DNA of 64,000 nucleotides from Giardia intestinalis (Eukaryota): NCBI GenBank assembly GCA_000002435.2, contig CM018793.1; one strand, 5' to 3'. Shown piece by piece: positions 39,975 to 50,882 of this stretch (position 1 is its first letter; each line of letters starts with the position of its first letter). The notes under the pieces were generated by a model. It saw only the letters and a program-made list of their open reading frames with translations, ran no database searches and was not told where the DNA came from. The position numbers and the translations under genes were made by a program.

Positions 39975-42266
39975 TTAGTTTGTTGGAGGGACAAAGGTTC
40001 CACGAAGCTCCACAATGCGGTTGAAAACCAAGTGCTTTGCTGTACTGCTGGTATCTACAATAAAATACCCGCTGCGTTCAAATTGGTAACGCTTAGGAGA
40101 GGTGTTATTTTTGGCCTGCTCAGCGACATATCTGGGCACACGTGCCCTTGGACACACGACCATACTATTCGGATTAACGTCGTCTATCCAATCTCCTTCA
40201 ACCTCATATGGATTTGCGGACTTAAATAACTTGTCAAAAAGGCGTACTTCTGCCACTCTGCTTCCCGTCTCCGAAACCCAGTGAATGTGCGTCAACTGTT
40301 TCTTCTCTGCCTTGAGCCTCTTGGAAGCTTCTTCCTTCTTTTCTGGACACCAAGAGTGCGTGCAATACAGGACCAACTCAGTATCCCCGCCTTTGAGAGT
40401 TCGTCTCTCAAAGTGATCAACAAGAAGCAGTGGTCCATAGCGAAGACCTACTGGTTGCCCTGGTGCTAGTCGGAAGAAGTCAGGAGTATTGTTCTCGCAA
40501 AAGTCCTCTGCATCTATGTAGAGGATGCGCTCCAATTTAATTTCCTCAGTACCCATTTCACTATTCTTCGGGTGCAAGCTGTAGGAAATGGGTACGGTAT
40601 CCAGAGGGTCAGATCCAAAGTCAAGAAGCTCCACGCGAATAGGCGAAGTAACTGCCATAGTTCGCTCAGCAATGGGATCCAGCTCCAAACGAAGAACATG
40701 TTCTAGAAGGTGGTAGTCTATTGTCTGTGCGTTACGAGAAATGCCTACCACCTGACAGAAGGTATTGATGGAGCTCGGTGTATATCCACGACGCCTAAGG
40801 CCATCCAAAGTGAGTAACCTGGGGTCATCCCACCCCATAACAATCTTCTTGTCAACGAGGGTGAGCAAGCGCCTCTTGCTCATGACATTATAGGTTATGT
40901 TGAGCCGTGAGAATTCCCATTGCATAGGCCTATAACCTACATCAAATCCATCAGACGTGCGGAAATCATGGACATTGTGCGTGACCCAGTCGTACGATTC
41001 TCGACGAATGCCGAACTCCAGAGTGCATAGTGAATGTGTAATGTGCTCAAATGCGTCGATAAGACAATGAGAGAAATCATAGGATGGATAGATACACCAG
41101 GCGCTACCGGTCAATGGATGTCTGCAGTATTTGATACGATAGGCGATGGGATCGCGCATATTTGGATTATCTGACTGCATATCTATCTTAAGGCGTAGCG
41201 TGTACTGTGATTCCTTATACAGCCCGCACTTCATTCCTTCAAAGATTCGAAGATTCTCCTGGATTGATCGTTTTCTCCCAGGTGGGTCTAGACGCTCTTC
41301 TCGATACTTAGCAACCTCTTCCACAGTTTGATCGCAGACGTAGGCTTTGCCTTGGCGTACAAGCTCCACAGCAACATCATAAAGGCGCTGGAAATAGTCG
41401 GAGGTATGTGTGAATTTGAAGGGCTTGTGACCCAGCCACTCGATACTAGCTAAGATAGAGTCAATATACTCCTTGGACTCCGCCTCTGGATTGGTATCAT
41501 CCATACGAAGATAGGTCTTTCCGTTATTAAGAAGAGCATAGTTGAAGGAAATGAACATGGCCTTTGCGTGGCCCAGATGCAAGTATCCATTCGGCTCAGG
41601 GGGAAAGCGCGTGAGAACACTGACGCCAAGGTTCTTGAGAAAGTCTTTATGCTGCCACTTATACTTGAGAAGCTGCTCGTAGCGATTCTGCTTTGGAATA
41701 GCTGACAGGACCTGTGCAATGGGAGGGACGTGGATGGATCCAGTCGGAGGGGAATCTTTAGACTGGGCGGCTTCTGATGTTTTCGTAGTGATAGCATCTT
41801 CCTCACAACTATGTGCAGTTATCCTCATTTCCTCAAGCTCAGCGAATTTCTCGGTGGCGAGGTTGAGAAGAAAGTCGTGCTCGGCCCATGGAAGGTCTCT
41901 TCCCATTAATGAAACAAGCTGGTAAGGATTCTTTATGCTGTCCGGCTTTGCCAATGCCTTGTCCAAGGCGCTGGATATCTCCTTCTCTGTGTAGGTGACC
42001 CCAATCCCGCAGGCCTTGTCGAACTCTACTTCATTGATGGTTGGAGATTGATTGCTGGCCAGGTATGCGATAGCAGCGTTGAGCTGCTTGGTAGAGAAGC
42101 CGCTCATTACCTTGGAAAGTAGAAAAGAACGGTGTGCCAAACGATCTTGGGGAACCTTTTTAACTAGTATATTGAGGCATTCAATGGTTGATGAAGAGTA
42201 CTCGGCGTTGGGGTCGATCCCCAGAGACTCGCACGTCTTGCTGAAGGCAGACTTCTTCTCATGCAT
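39975..42266 (-). CDS. GlnRS: Glutaminyl-tRNA synthetase.
   Basis: [26 protein letters not shown]...LRMDDTNP parallels E. coli GlnRS [26 protein letters not shown]...LRFDDTNP. The KMSKS-type motif VMSKR is present. The track start is TTG; the first ATG is at 42264-42266 (the MHEKK start). Confidence 0.85.
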   Translation of the reverse strand: [763 protein letters not shown]

Positions 42267-42682
42267 AATAAAATTTAAAATCAATTATGGTGTCTCCATG
42301 CAGCACGTTGACGGATGCACAGAACAAGAAGCTGGCGATGCTGGTCAACGTGCGTGAGCAGCGAAGAAAATCCTATCTTCTTGACCTTCTTAGTGGTATG
42401 GTGCTTGAAAACAAGCTTTACTCTTCGATAAGTAACTAGAATACAAGATGCAGTAATTATACAGCCAATAAGTAATTCACTTATATGTAACTATTCATCA
42501 CGTGGTTAACTTTTAATAGAAAAACATACCAATACTAAAATTATAAATCCTGATCATAGACCATCATGAACCAGCATATCCTGCCTTACGTAATGTATGG
42601 TTTCAGTGATCTGATTAAATGAAATATTCATATTTATTAGTTAAGCGAGTGTAAAACCTGAAGGACTTTTATAAAAGTAGTG

Positions 42683-44236
42683 ATGTGGTTGTCCTATTTT
42701 CTGGTGATCTTTTTGCTTGAACTCTTTGTCGGCCAGAATGAAGGTGTCGATAGTCCACATAAGGACACGGCTCTCTTTGACGAGTTTAACGCACACTTTG
42801 CTCACTTCTACAGGTCCGCTGAGGAGTATGAGACGGCGCTGGAGCACTTTCACAAGAATCTGGCTCTTCTCGGGGCTGACCACGCGCAGAACCTCAGTCA
42901 CCTCCGCGACATTCTCGAGCGCACGGAGGGGTCAGTTAAATACGGCCTCAACCCCACTCTTAACCGCGATATCAGCCAGAATGGGTACGTGCCGATTGAT
43001 CCTGCTGACATGATTGATCTAAGCACCCCCTGGCGCCGGTTCTCCTTCTCGGTCAAGCGGCTCTTGCTCAAACTTAGTCGCTCTACGTCTGGGGGCCTTG
43101 AAAATGATGATGATTACTGCAAAAAGAACTTTCGTCTTCGTGATAACCCGCTACGTACATTCTCCTCGCCTCCTCTTTCAGTGGATCTGCGAGAACTTGG
43201 TTTGATCGATCTAGCTAGAAATCAGGGTTTTTGCGGCTGTTGCTGGGCAATGGCTTCTGCTGCGCTTTACGAAATATCAGTTCGCTCAACAAGGAACTAC
43301 TTTCAGTCTGACTCTGCCGTTGATGGCGCTTTCAAGGATCCTCACTTCAAAGCTTCAGAGCAGTACATTATGAACAAGTCATATCAATCCAATAATTATT
43401 GTCAAGGTGGCAATTATGTAACAGTTTCTCGCGACTATGCTGTCCACCAGGAGCTGGATACGCTTGAGTCTCTAACTAATTTCCCTTTTGAATCCTTCCA
43501 ACTGACTACTAATCCTGACAATATAAAAAGAGATGCACAAATGAAAGTCAAGAACGCATTTGTCCCTGGTAATACGGTAACTGTGGCTAGTTGTCCAGCA
43601 GCTATTTTCCGCGTTTATGACAGTGGTGCTGCCGACAGTGATTTCAAGAGCTCCGTCAAGGTTGCAAAGTCTCTCCTTGCGCGTGGAATCCCTATTGTTA
43701 TTACTATGAGTACTGTCGCCAATGGGAAAGAAGAGACGCAGAAGGCCATGCAATCCTACAAGTCAGGTATCCTTGACGTTCCTTGCACCAACAACGTTAT
43801 AGACCACCAGGTGATAATAGTGGGCTATGGAAGAAAGAATGGGGTTGACGTTTGGGTTGTTCGCAACTCCTGGGGTGAACGCTGGGGCAGCAAAGGGCAC
43901 TTCTATGCTCCAATTGGGAAGAACTCACTGTGCACCGAACAGCAAATGTACACAGAAATACCAAGATATTTTCCTCTGAATAAAAAGGCTGCAGATCAGT
44001 TGTATGCTAATAGAGCGTCTTCGCTTAAAGACAATGTCTGGGACAATATTCTTCAACGAGGGAATGAGAACTCTTTAGATGTCGACCCAGTCCGCAACTC
44101 TATATCTTCGAAGAGTGGATCTATTATAATAGCACTTGTGTTCATTCCAATTGTCGTTGCAATTGTCGCTTTGACTTCATATATCTTGTGCAACAACAAA
44201 AAGAAGAAGCACTCCCAGAGGGGTGTTAATATCTGA
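42683..44236 (+). CDS. Papain-family (C1A) cathepsin L-like cysteine protease with an I29 pro-domain and a C-terminal transmembrane anchor.
   Basis: Signal peptide MWLSYFLVIFLLELFVG. An ERFNIN-like prodomain (EFNAHFAHFYRSAEEYETALEHFHKNLA). NQGFCGCCWAMAS supplies the Gln and Cys, DHQVIIVGYG the His and VVRNSWGERWG the Asn. A C-terminal hydrophobic stretch IIIALVFIPIVVAIVALTSYIL is followed by a basic tail. Confidence 0.8.
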   Translation: MWLSYFLVIFLLELFVGQNEGVDSPHKDTALFDEFNAHFAHFYRSAEEYETALEHFHKNLALLGADHAQNLSHLRDILERTEGSVKYGLNPTLNRDISQNGYVPIDPADMIDLSTPWRRFSFSVKRLLLKLSRSTSGGLENDDDYCKKNFRLRDNPLRTFSSPPLSVDLRELGLIDLARNQGFCGCCWAMASAALYEISVRSTRNYFQSDSAVDGAFKDPHFKASEQYIMNKSYQSNNYCQGGNYVTVSRDYAVHQELDTLESLTNFPFESFQLTTNPDNIKRDAQMKVKNAFVPGNTVTVASCPAAIFRVYDSGAADSDFKSSVKVAKSLLARGIPIVITMSTVANGKEETQKAMQSYKSGILDVPCTNNVIDHQVIIVGYGRKNGVDVWVVRNSWGERWGSKGHFYAPIGKNSLCTEQQMYTEIPRYFPLNKKAADQLYANRASSLKDNVWDNILQRGNENSLDVDPVRNSISSKSGSIIIALVFIPIVVAIVALTSYILCNNKKKKHSQRGVNI

Positions 44237-44957
44237 TTACTTCTATGATGGTACTAACGAGGGTTCTTTTCTATAGCCTCGGATAGCCACGGTGTATTTT
44301 CCACGTCTCTTCTATTGTATAAATTAGCAGTAAATTTTATCTAGATGATATTCATGGTTCTCTATTTGGGGTTGACGGAGAGCGTGGAGACCCTACTCTT
44401 CTTCTTCCATGCAAACAATGTCATAACATAGAAGTAACGTCATCACGGCGTAGGAGCCACCCAGAAGACTCCCGCGCCGGGTCAGAGCAGAGATGGGTGC
44501 TTCTACGAGGCTGTGGTCCTGCTGGGAGGCACGACTCTCCGGGCACGGAGCACACGATAGCCATCTCACGGCATTAAGCCAGCTGTGGCCTGGCATCGTC
44601 CATCCGTTCATCGCCGCAGACGATCCCCAAGCAGATGTTATCGATATATGAATCGTTCCCGGCCCCCGCTGCCAGACGGCGAGACACTTGGCCGTGGACG
44701 CGCTTGCAGACGGCCCTACGCTAACGGACACACGGGCGGCAGGCAGGGGTGCATCTGGGGTGTCGGAGCCCGGAGAGCACACTCACGCCCCTGGTAAGTG
44801 GCGAACGTACACATACAGAACTCCCTCGTCTCGCAGTGTGTCACGTCCTGTGAAAAAGCGGGTGGTCGCTGCCCCTCCTGCGGGCCTCCACAGGCACGCA
44901 TCACAACAGCCTCGGTGTGGAGTGCAGCAAGCACAAGGATGGCTGTGCCCAGAATAG

Positions 44958-46748
44958 GTGCGCCCCTGGCCAAGTCCGATGAACGGAACGCGCACGGCGT
45001 ACTCCGAGAGCGCTTCCTCTGTGTGCATCCTGGACAGCACCGCGGCTCGGTCCACTGCGTCGAGTGCAGGGGCTCGGGCTCGGAGGCGAACGCGCTCCTG
45101 CTCTACGAGGTGGACACGAGTGCAGCGTGGTAGGGGCGGGCGGTGTGTGCTCGCCAACCCGGGCAGCGGTGCGACCGAGGGATCTCACAGCTGCAGCAGC
45201 GGCTACTGCACGTCATGCCACAAGACGCATCTGTTCTGTAAGTATGGATGCTACAGCCGACACAGTTCGACTGGATTTGCCATATGCGCGGGGGCGAACC
45301 AGTGCGAGCTAGACAACGTGACGATCTGCACAGAATGCGTGAACACGTCGCATGCACCCAAGAATGGGGGGTGCACCTTCGTCGGGGAAAGCGCCTCCAG
45401 AAGCCTGTTTTCTGACTGCACGAAAGATGCAAGCAGAGGGTTGTGCACAGGTTGCTCCAGCACCGGGAAGTCTTTCTTGTTCTATGGCGGCTGCTATGAC
45501 AGAAACTCCCACGTTGGTTCAAAGCTCTGTCTGGAAGCAGCGGGCGGAGTGTGTAAGCAATGGCGTAGCAATTTTAACTTCACCTTCTCTAAAGCTGAGG
45601 GGGCCGACCGATACCTGTGCGGTGATACCAGCAGTGGTGTGCGTGGCTGCGCTACATGCGGGTACAATAACGGTGTGACGTGTACGCGGTGCTCGACGGG
45701 ATACCTCGGGGTGGATGGGAGGTCCTGCAGTGAGAGCTGCAGCGGAGACACTCGGGGGGCGTGCACGAAGGTAACAGAAGGGAGCGAATCAACTGAAGTG
45801 TCGTGTCGATGCGTCTGCAAGCCGACGTTCTACAGCAGCTCCGGAACGTGCATATCATGTACGGACTCATGTGCTGTCTGCAAGGATGGCACACTAACCG
45901 GCTGCCAGCAGTGCAGCCCCGGCAAGATCCTGAACTTCTCGATTGCCTCCAGCGAGAGCGCAGACTGCGTTAGCCAGTGTTCTGTTGGTAGTGAGTGTGC
46001 AGAGTGCGGCATCACCATCGACGGCAGCAGGTACTGCACGCGCTGCAAGGACGCAAGCACGTATCCGTTCAACGGGGTGTGTATTCTGAACACACAAAGG
46101 GACGCGTACTGCACCAGCAAGGCAAATGGCGTCTGCACCACCTGTTCCTCAGGCGCCTTCCTGATGAACGGGGGCTGCTACACAACGGAGCACTATCCGG
46201 GAAGCACTATCTGTGGTAAGCAGTCAAACGGAAAGTGTGAGAAGACCAAGGAGGGGTACGGGATATCGCCCGATGGAAAGCTGCTGGAGTGCGATCCGAC
46301 ATGTCTGGCGTGCACTGCCCCTGGCCCCGGCCGCTGCACCAGGTGCCCCTCTGGAGCGCTCCTGAAGAGGGCCTCGGGTGCCGCCACCGGGAGCTGCGTC
46401 GACCCCAATGCCTGTGTAGACGGGTACTATGCAGACGGAGACGCGTGCCTGCCCTGCGCCACTCCGGGGTGCAAGACCTGCGGGCATGCCTCCTTCTGCA
46501 CAGAGTGCGCGGGGGAGCTCTTCGTGACCCTGGACGGGCGGTCGTGCCTGGGGGAGTGCACCGGGGACAAGGTAGTAGGAGAGGTGCCCGGCGGCGTGCG
46601 GAGGTGCTGGTGCGAACGGGGCTTCTACAGCCATGGTCCAAGGGTCGTACGAATAAACCCACCTCCCCGCTCTTGTGTGAAGACGGGGACGAACCAGGCC
46701 CGCTCGACCTCGGTGACCGGTAGTCCTTCCTCTCCCCAGTCGGTCTGA
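44958..46748 (+). pseudogene. VSP/HCMP-like cysteine-repeat ORF with no ATG start, no signal peptide and no membrane anchor or CRGKA tail. Probable VSP-family pseudogene or silent cassette.
   Basis: A GTG opens the ORF directly after an in-frame TAG. About 590 aa are rich in CXXC with GGCY/GGCYD motifs (FLFYGGCYD, LMNGGCYTTEHYPGSTICG). It ends ...RSCVKTGTNQARSTSVTGSPSSPQSV with no hydrophobic anchor in any frame. The surrounding DNA is very GC-rich with ORFs in all six frames. Confidence 0.5.
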
Positions 46749-47835
46749 GCTATCCGGCAAGGATCAAGAGTATCGGCTGGACGAGGCCCATAGGGGGCAT
46801 CGGGTGACTGGCTCGGACCCATCCGGCAGGCCTCGTCCGTGCCTGTTCCTGACCTAACAACTTGCTGCCCGCTGCAGGTGCTGAGAGCAACCCATCTCTA
46901 GGGCCTCCGCCCTCTCATACAACAGTCCATTCGGGGATGCCCCCGTGTCCATCACTCTGTGCTGGCTGGCACACGTCTGTGGCCGGGATGTCTGTTCTCC
47001 CCGAGAGCTAGCATGGGCGGGAGACATACTGAGATACATATGCGCCCTCTGTCTGTCTCTCCTCATAAATCTAGTATCACCATCTGTGGTCTTAGGACAC
47101 TACAGTATAATTACAATTGCTCTAGAATAATCCTTGTGACTCGCCCCGCCGTCTATCATATATGTTGTAAAGATATCTGATAATCAAGATACTCTGCATT
47201 ATATAGAGAACCCGAAAGTACGGAGTATGACACCTATAGAGCGCTGCTATATAGTTATTTACTTCCTTCAGGGTTATGTGGCAATGGACATCAAATTCTA
47301 TGCTTGGCTATGATCTTTGACGCTTTAAACATCTATATCTAGTTCTCTAGCGTATCCCTTAACAATTCTTTAGTGAACCTCCATGGAAGCTACTTCCTAA
47401 CCACGACGAGTTCTGAATGTCGCAACTAAAGAGTAATTGTCGGTCTCCAAGGCCCCATCTCTATCTCCAACTATACTATAGAGGCCATCAAGTGGTGCAT
47501 AAAAGGCTCTGACATAAACGGCTAAAACCATTACTCAATGAGTAGTGTAACTATTTGTTTATAAAGATGCAAAGATTGGCATTCTGTTAATACTATGTAA
47601 GAAGTAAACACTAAAGACTGAAGATGTCCTAGTTCATAGTATGCTTTACTAGTACTAGCCTTGAATAAATGATATGAAAATACCTTTGATAGGATTGCTT
47701 GGCAAAATTTAGAAAAATGAGTCTTCCCACTTTTTGTAGTTACGTCTGTGTAAAATCCGATACACTTCATGAACACGCCGATGGTTACGAAAATGAAAAG
47801 AATTTAGAGCCAAAAAAGAGAAGTAGAGACTCTTT

Positions 47836-48711
47836 ATGCTCCTAATATCACCGGGAGTACTCTGCATAGATCAGGATAAGATGTGCACCTTACCGACATT
47901 GGCTAAGTCTAATGACATGGTACAGTGTGCTGCCTCTTTCCAAACTTACACTATGACTCATTGTCCTGAATTATCGTGGCGTTGGATTTTGGTCACTGCA
48001 TCTGGACAGGATAAGAGCTATAACGGTGCGAGCTCGGACCATGTGATTACCTTAAAAACTAGTGCAGAGAATACACAAGACCCCTCTGCTATAAACGTTT
48101 CTTCCCACGGAAGTATCATTTTAAACCATCTTGATAACTTGTTTGCGCAAGATACTATCCCAACACGGCCATCCTTTATCATCCTGCTAGAGAGCAGTGG
48201 CCGTCCTATCTCCTTAGCTTTTCTCTCCGATTGCAGAGACTTTCTTGCTGAACGAGCTGTTCCATACTGGCTTTCCTGTCCCCTGGAGAGCTTGTTTACA
48301 AAGTCTACTGATGACTCTGATGAGCTTGCCTACAGATTGAAAGGGGATGCCGCTCTCGTCTTACGGCATATGAATATAGTTTCTGTAACGGAAGAGTCGT
48401 TAGCTGTGGTTGCTGACTCATGGGCAGATGACACCGGAGAGAATCGAGAATCAAAGCTAAGGCTTTGTCTCAGTCTAATTACTCCAGGTGAAAGGAGCGC
48501 TGTTCTGTATGTTTCTAAGGATATGCTAGGAATCTGTTTTGGAGAGCCAGACTCTGAAGAAGCAACTGTCAAATTGGTTCCATGCCTATTTGAGGCTAGC
48601 GGAGGATACTCCTCTATCACTCCCGTTGAGATGCTAATCCGGTTCTGTGCCCTTCTAGAGCGCGGAATGAATTTCCAAACCGCCCTAGCAAGCATAGTGG
48701 CACAGGTATAA
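47836..48711 (+). CDS. Hypothetical protein (291 aa).
   Basis: ATG at 47836 after a ~770-bp AT-rich spacer. No recognisable motif. Confidence 0.35.
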   Translation: MLLISPGVLCIDQDKMCTLPTLAKSNDMVQCAASFQTYTMTHCPELSWRWILVTASGQDKSYNGASSDHVITLKTSAENTQDPSAINVSSHGSIILNHLDNLFAQDTIPTRPSFIILLESSGRPISLAFLSDCRDFLAERAVPYWLSCPLESLFTKSTDDSDELAYRLKGDAALVLRHMNIVSVTEESLAVVADSWADDTGENRESKLRLCLSLITPGERSAVLYVSKDMLGICFGEPDSEEATVKLVPCLFEASGGYSSITPVEMLIRFCALLERGMNFQTALASIVAQV

Positions 48712-48776
48712 GCAAAGTCCTTGATGAATGATTTACTTCATCCTTGATTGGCAGTACGCTAGCAGAGTGCACGGAA

Positions 48777-49298
48777 TCATTGTGGAACGTGAGGAGCTCT
48801 GTCCTGGAAGCGTGCTGTCCTTGCTGCGCGCTTCACATGAACGTAGGGACAAGGGTGGGGGAACCTAACGCCCTTCTGGGTAAACATAGCCACCTTCTCG
48901 CGGCGGACATCTTCGTCGGCAACCTCCTTCACATTGATAATCTGAATATCATGGTAGCGCGCACGGCACTGTCCAGCCATCTCAGAGTAAACCTTGTCCA
49001 TCGCTCTAGCGCTCGTGGTCTCACGCACCTCGCGATACATGTTATGCTGGCCTACACGGGAACGATAGCGCAAGAGAACACCGAAGTTCTTAACAAAATC
49101 CCCATTCTCCTCAATGTGCTGGCAGTCAAGGATCTCTCCGTGCGTGCGCTTGATCTTCTTCAGAGACTTCAAGTGGTACCAGAAGCGGCTCTTTGCTACG
49201 ATCTCGTTGGGGGCGTAGATTGTCATGCGGAAGACCTCCGGTTCTGGGAATTTCTCCGAAGGAAGCCTGCGGCCGTAGACGATATACTTCTGCATCAT
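48777..49298 (-). CDS. RPL18A: 60S ribosomal protein L18a (eL20).
   Basis: From the first ATG ([15 protein letters not shown]...). [33 protein letters not shown] aligns with human [56 protein letters not shown] aligns with [23 protein letters not shown]. Confidence 0.88.
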   Translation of the reverse strand: [173 protein letters not shown]

Positions 49299-49384
49299 CC
49301 CTCTGGTCTCGGCCCGGCTTTTTAGAGCGTCCACAAATTCACTTTGAAATTGTTTTAATACTTGATAGAACAGAAGCACTGTCC

Positions 49385-50875
49385 ATGCGTCCAACCAGGA
49401 CCCGCGGACTCATGCAGGCACCTCAGGCTTCTGCACGCCAGGCTACCTCAGGAACCCGCGTCTCAGGCATAAACCGTCCAGTTAGTGTGCGACAAGGATA
49501 CAGTCGTCCAAGCTCTTATAACGACGCATTTCAAGCGGCTAATGTAGCTCTGCAGAAGGCATACTCTAGAGACTTAACTGCGCAAGTTTGTTTAGAAATT
49601 GAGAAGATTATTTCTGACTGTACAGACGACTGTGATGCTCTAGATGGTCTCGTGTCCGCTCTAACTGCAAAATCAGCGCGTACGGGCACTAGGATGGAGC
49701 GGACAATAACATGCCAGAGCCTTTGTGCGATAGCGTCTAGGTTAGGGAAGCTTAGTGGGCTCATGTGGCCGAAGATTCTGCGGTACATAAATAAGGAGCT
49801 ACAATTGCGGGATGTCTTTGAGGTAGACAGTCACTATATGGCAAGTCTTGCGGCAGTGTGTGGTGCATACACAAAGCATGTTCTGGAGCCTACAGATATC
49901 GCTGTGTTGGTTTCGTTATTAAAAGATCTGATTGAGAAAGTGCCACCAATTAATAAAGCAGCAGGAATAATGGCACTCTCTAGAGTGGTAGAGGAGATGC
50001 ACTCCCGTGCACTCTTTGATCCAATGGAACACGGCATACACATCTCTGAGTATATTTGTCAACTAGCGCAGAAAATAAAGAAAGATCCGGACGATCAAGC
50101 TCTATTACAGTCATGTCTTTTGCTGCATGCAGTCGTCCAAATAAGTCCAGATATAATCAGCGTGCCTCCTATTGCTAGAAAAGTGACTACATTTGTCACA
50201 GATGGTTGTAAGCACAAAAATTGGAGAATTAGGGAGACTTCACTGCGGATTCTTGAATCTGAAGACCTCCTAAACAATCTCCCCTCTACCCTAGTTAGCT
50301 CAATTATAAAAGTAGCAGAAGAATGTAGATATGATAGAATTGAAGCTGTACGCACAGCTGCACGCTTGCTAATAGGGCAGCTCAAGATCGAGTTGCCAAA
50401 ACGTCGCCCACAAAGTGCAGCAGCAATGTACACTCAATCACACGAGGCACGTCCAAGGTCAGCTTTCACGAAACGGCTACTGCTGGGTAGGCCATCTAAT
50501 AATAATACACTTGTGCCATGGGTTGATGCACGGGACAAAGTCGGGATCACTGTGACTACCCCTAACTACGGAACACAGACAAGTAAGGCATATACGTATA
50601 TCCCCATTAACCCCACAGCTATTGCCCCTCCATTTCGAGAGTCTCGTGGACCTGGCCTTGCTCTGTCTTCAACGTCCTCAACTTTGACAGATAAGATTGC
50701 ATCGGATGACAGTGACTCGTGTGATAAATCTCGGTGTCTACTGAAACTAGTAGGAAAACCACATTCATATACGAATCGTTCTTCTTCTACCACCGAGTCT
50801 GACCACTCCTTGAAGGTACAGACAGCGATCTATTGCAAGAGGCCAGACAGTACTGTCGAGTCATCTTCACATTAG
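49385..50875 (+). CDS. Hypothetical protein (496 aa), divergently transcribed from RPL18A.
   Basis: The track ORF starts upstream at a non-ATG codon and overlaps the RPL18A coding region. The first ATG at 49385 is 86 bp from the RPL18A ATG. Long uninterrupted ORF. Confidence 0.5.
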   Translation: MRPTRTRGLMQAPQASARQATSGTRVSGINRPVSVRQGYSRPSSYNDAFQAANVALQKAYSRDLTAQVCLEIEKIISDCTDDCDALDGLVSALTAKSARTGTRMERTITCQSLCAIASRLGKLSGLMWPKILRYINKELQLRDVFEVDSHYMASLAAVCGAYTKHVLEPTDIAVLVSLLKDLIEKVPPINKAAGIMALSRVVEEMHSRALFDPMEHGIHISEYICQLAQKIKKDPDDQALLQSCLLLHAVVQISPDIISVPPIARKVTTFVTDGCKHKNWRIRETSLRILESEDLLNNLPSTLVSSIIKVAEECRYDRIEAVRTAARLLIGQLKIELPKRRPQSAAAMYTQSHEARPRSAFTKRLLLGRPSNNNTLVPWVDARDKVGITVTTPNYGTQTSKAYTYIPINPTAIAPPFRESRGPGLALSSTSSTLTDKIASDDSDSCDKSRCLLKLVGKPHSYTNRSSSTTESDHSLKVQTAIYCKRPDSTVESSSH

Positions 50876-50882
50876 CTATGAA

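Noticed and set aside
44798-45133. A 111-aa ORF upstream of and out of frame with the VSP-like ORF, considered as a possible frameshifted N-terminus or signal peptide.
   Set aside because: Its translation has no hydrophobic signal sequence and no VSP-type CXXC spacing, so it does not convincingly extend the cysteine-repeat ORF.
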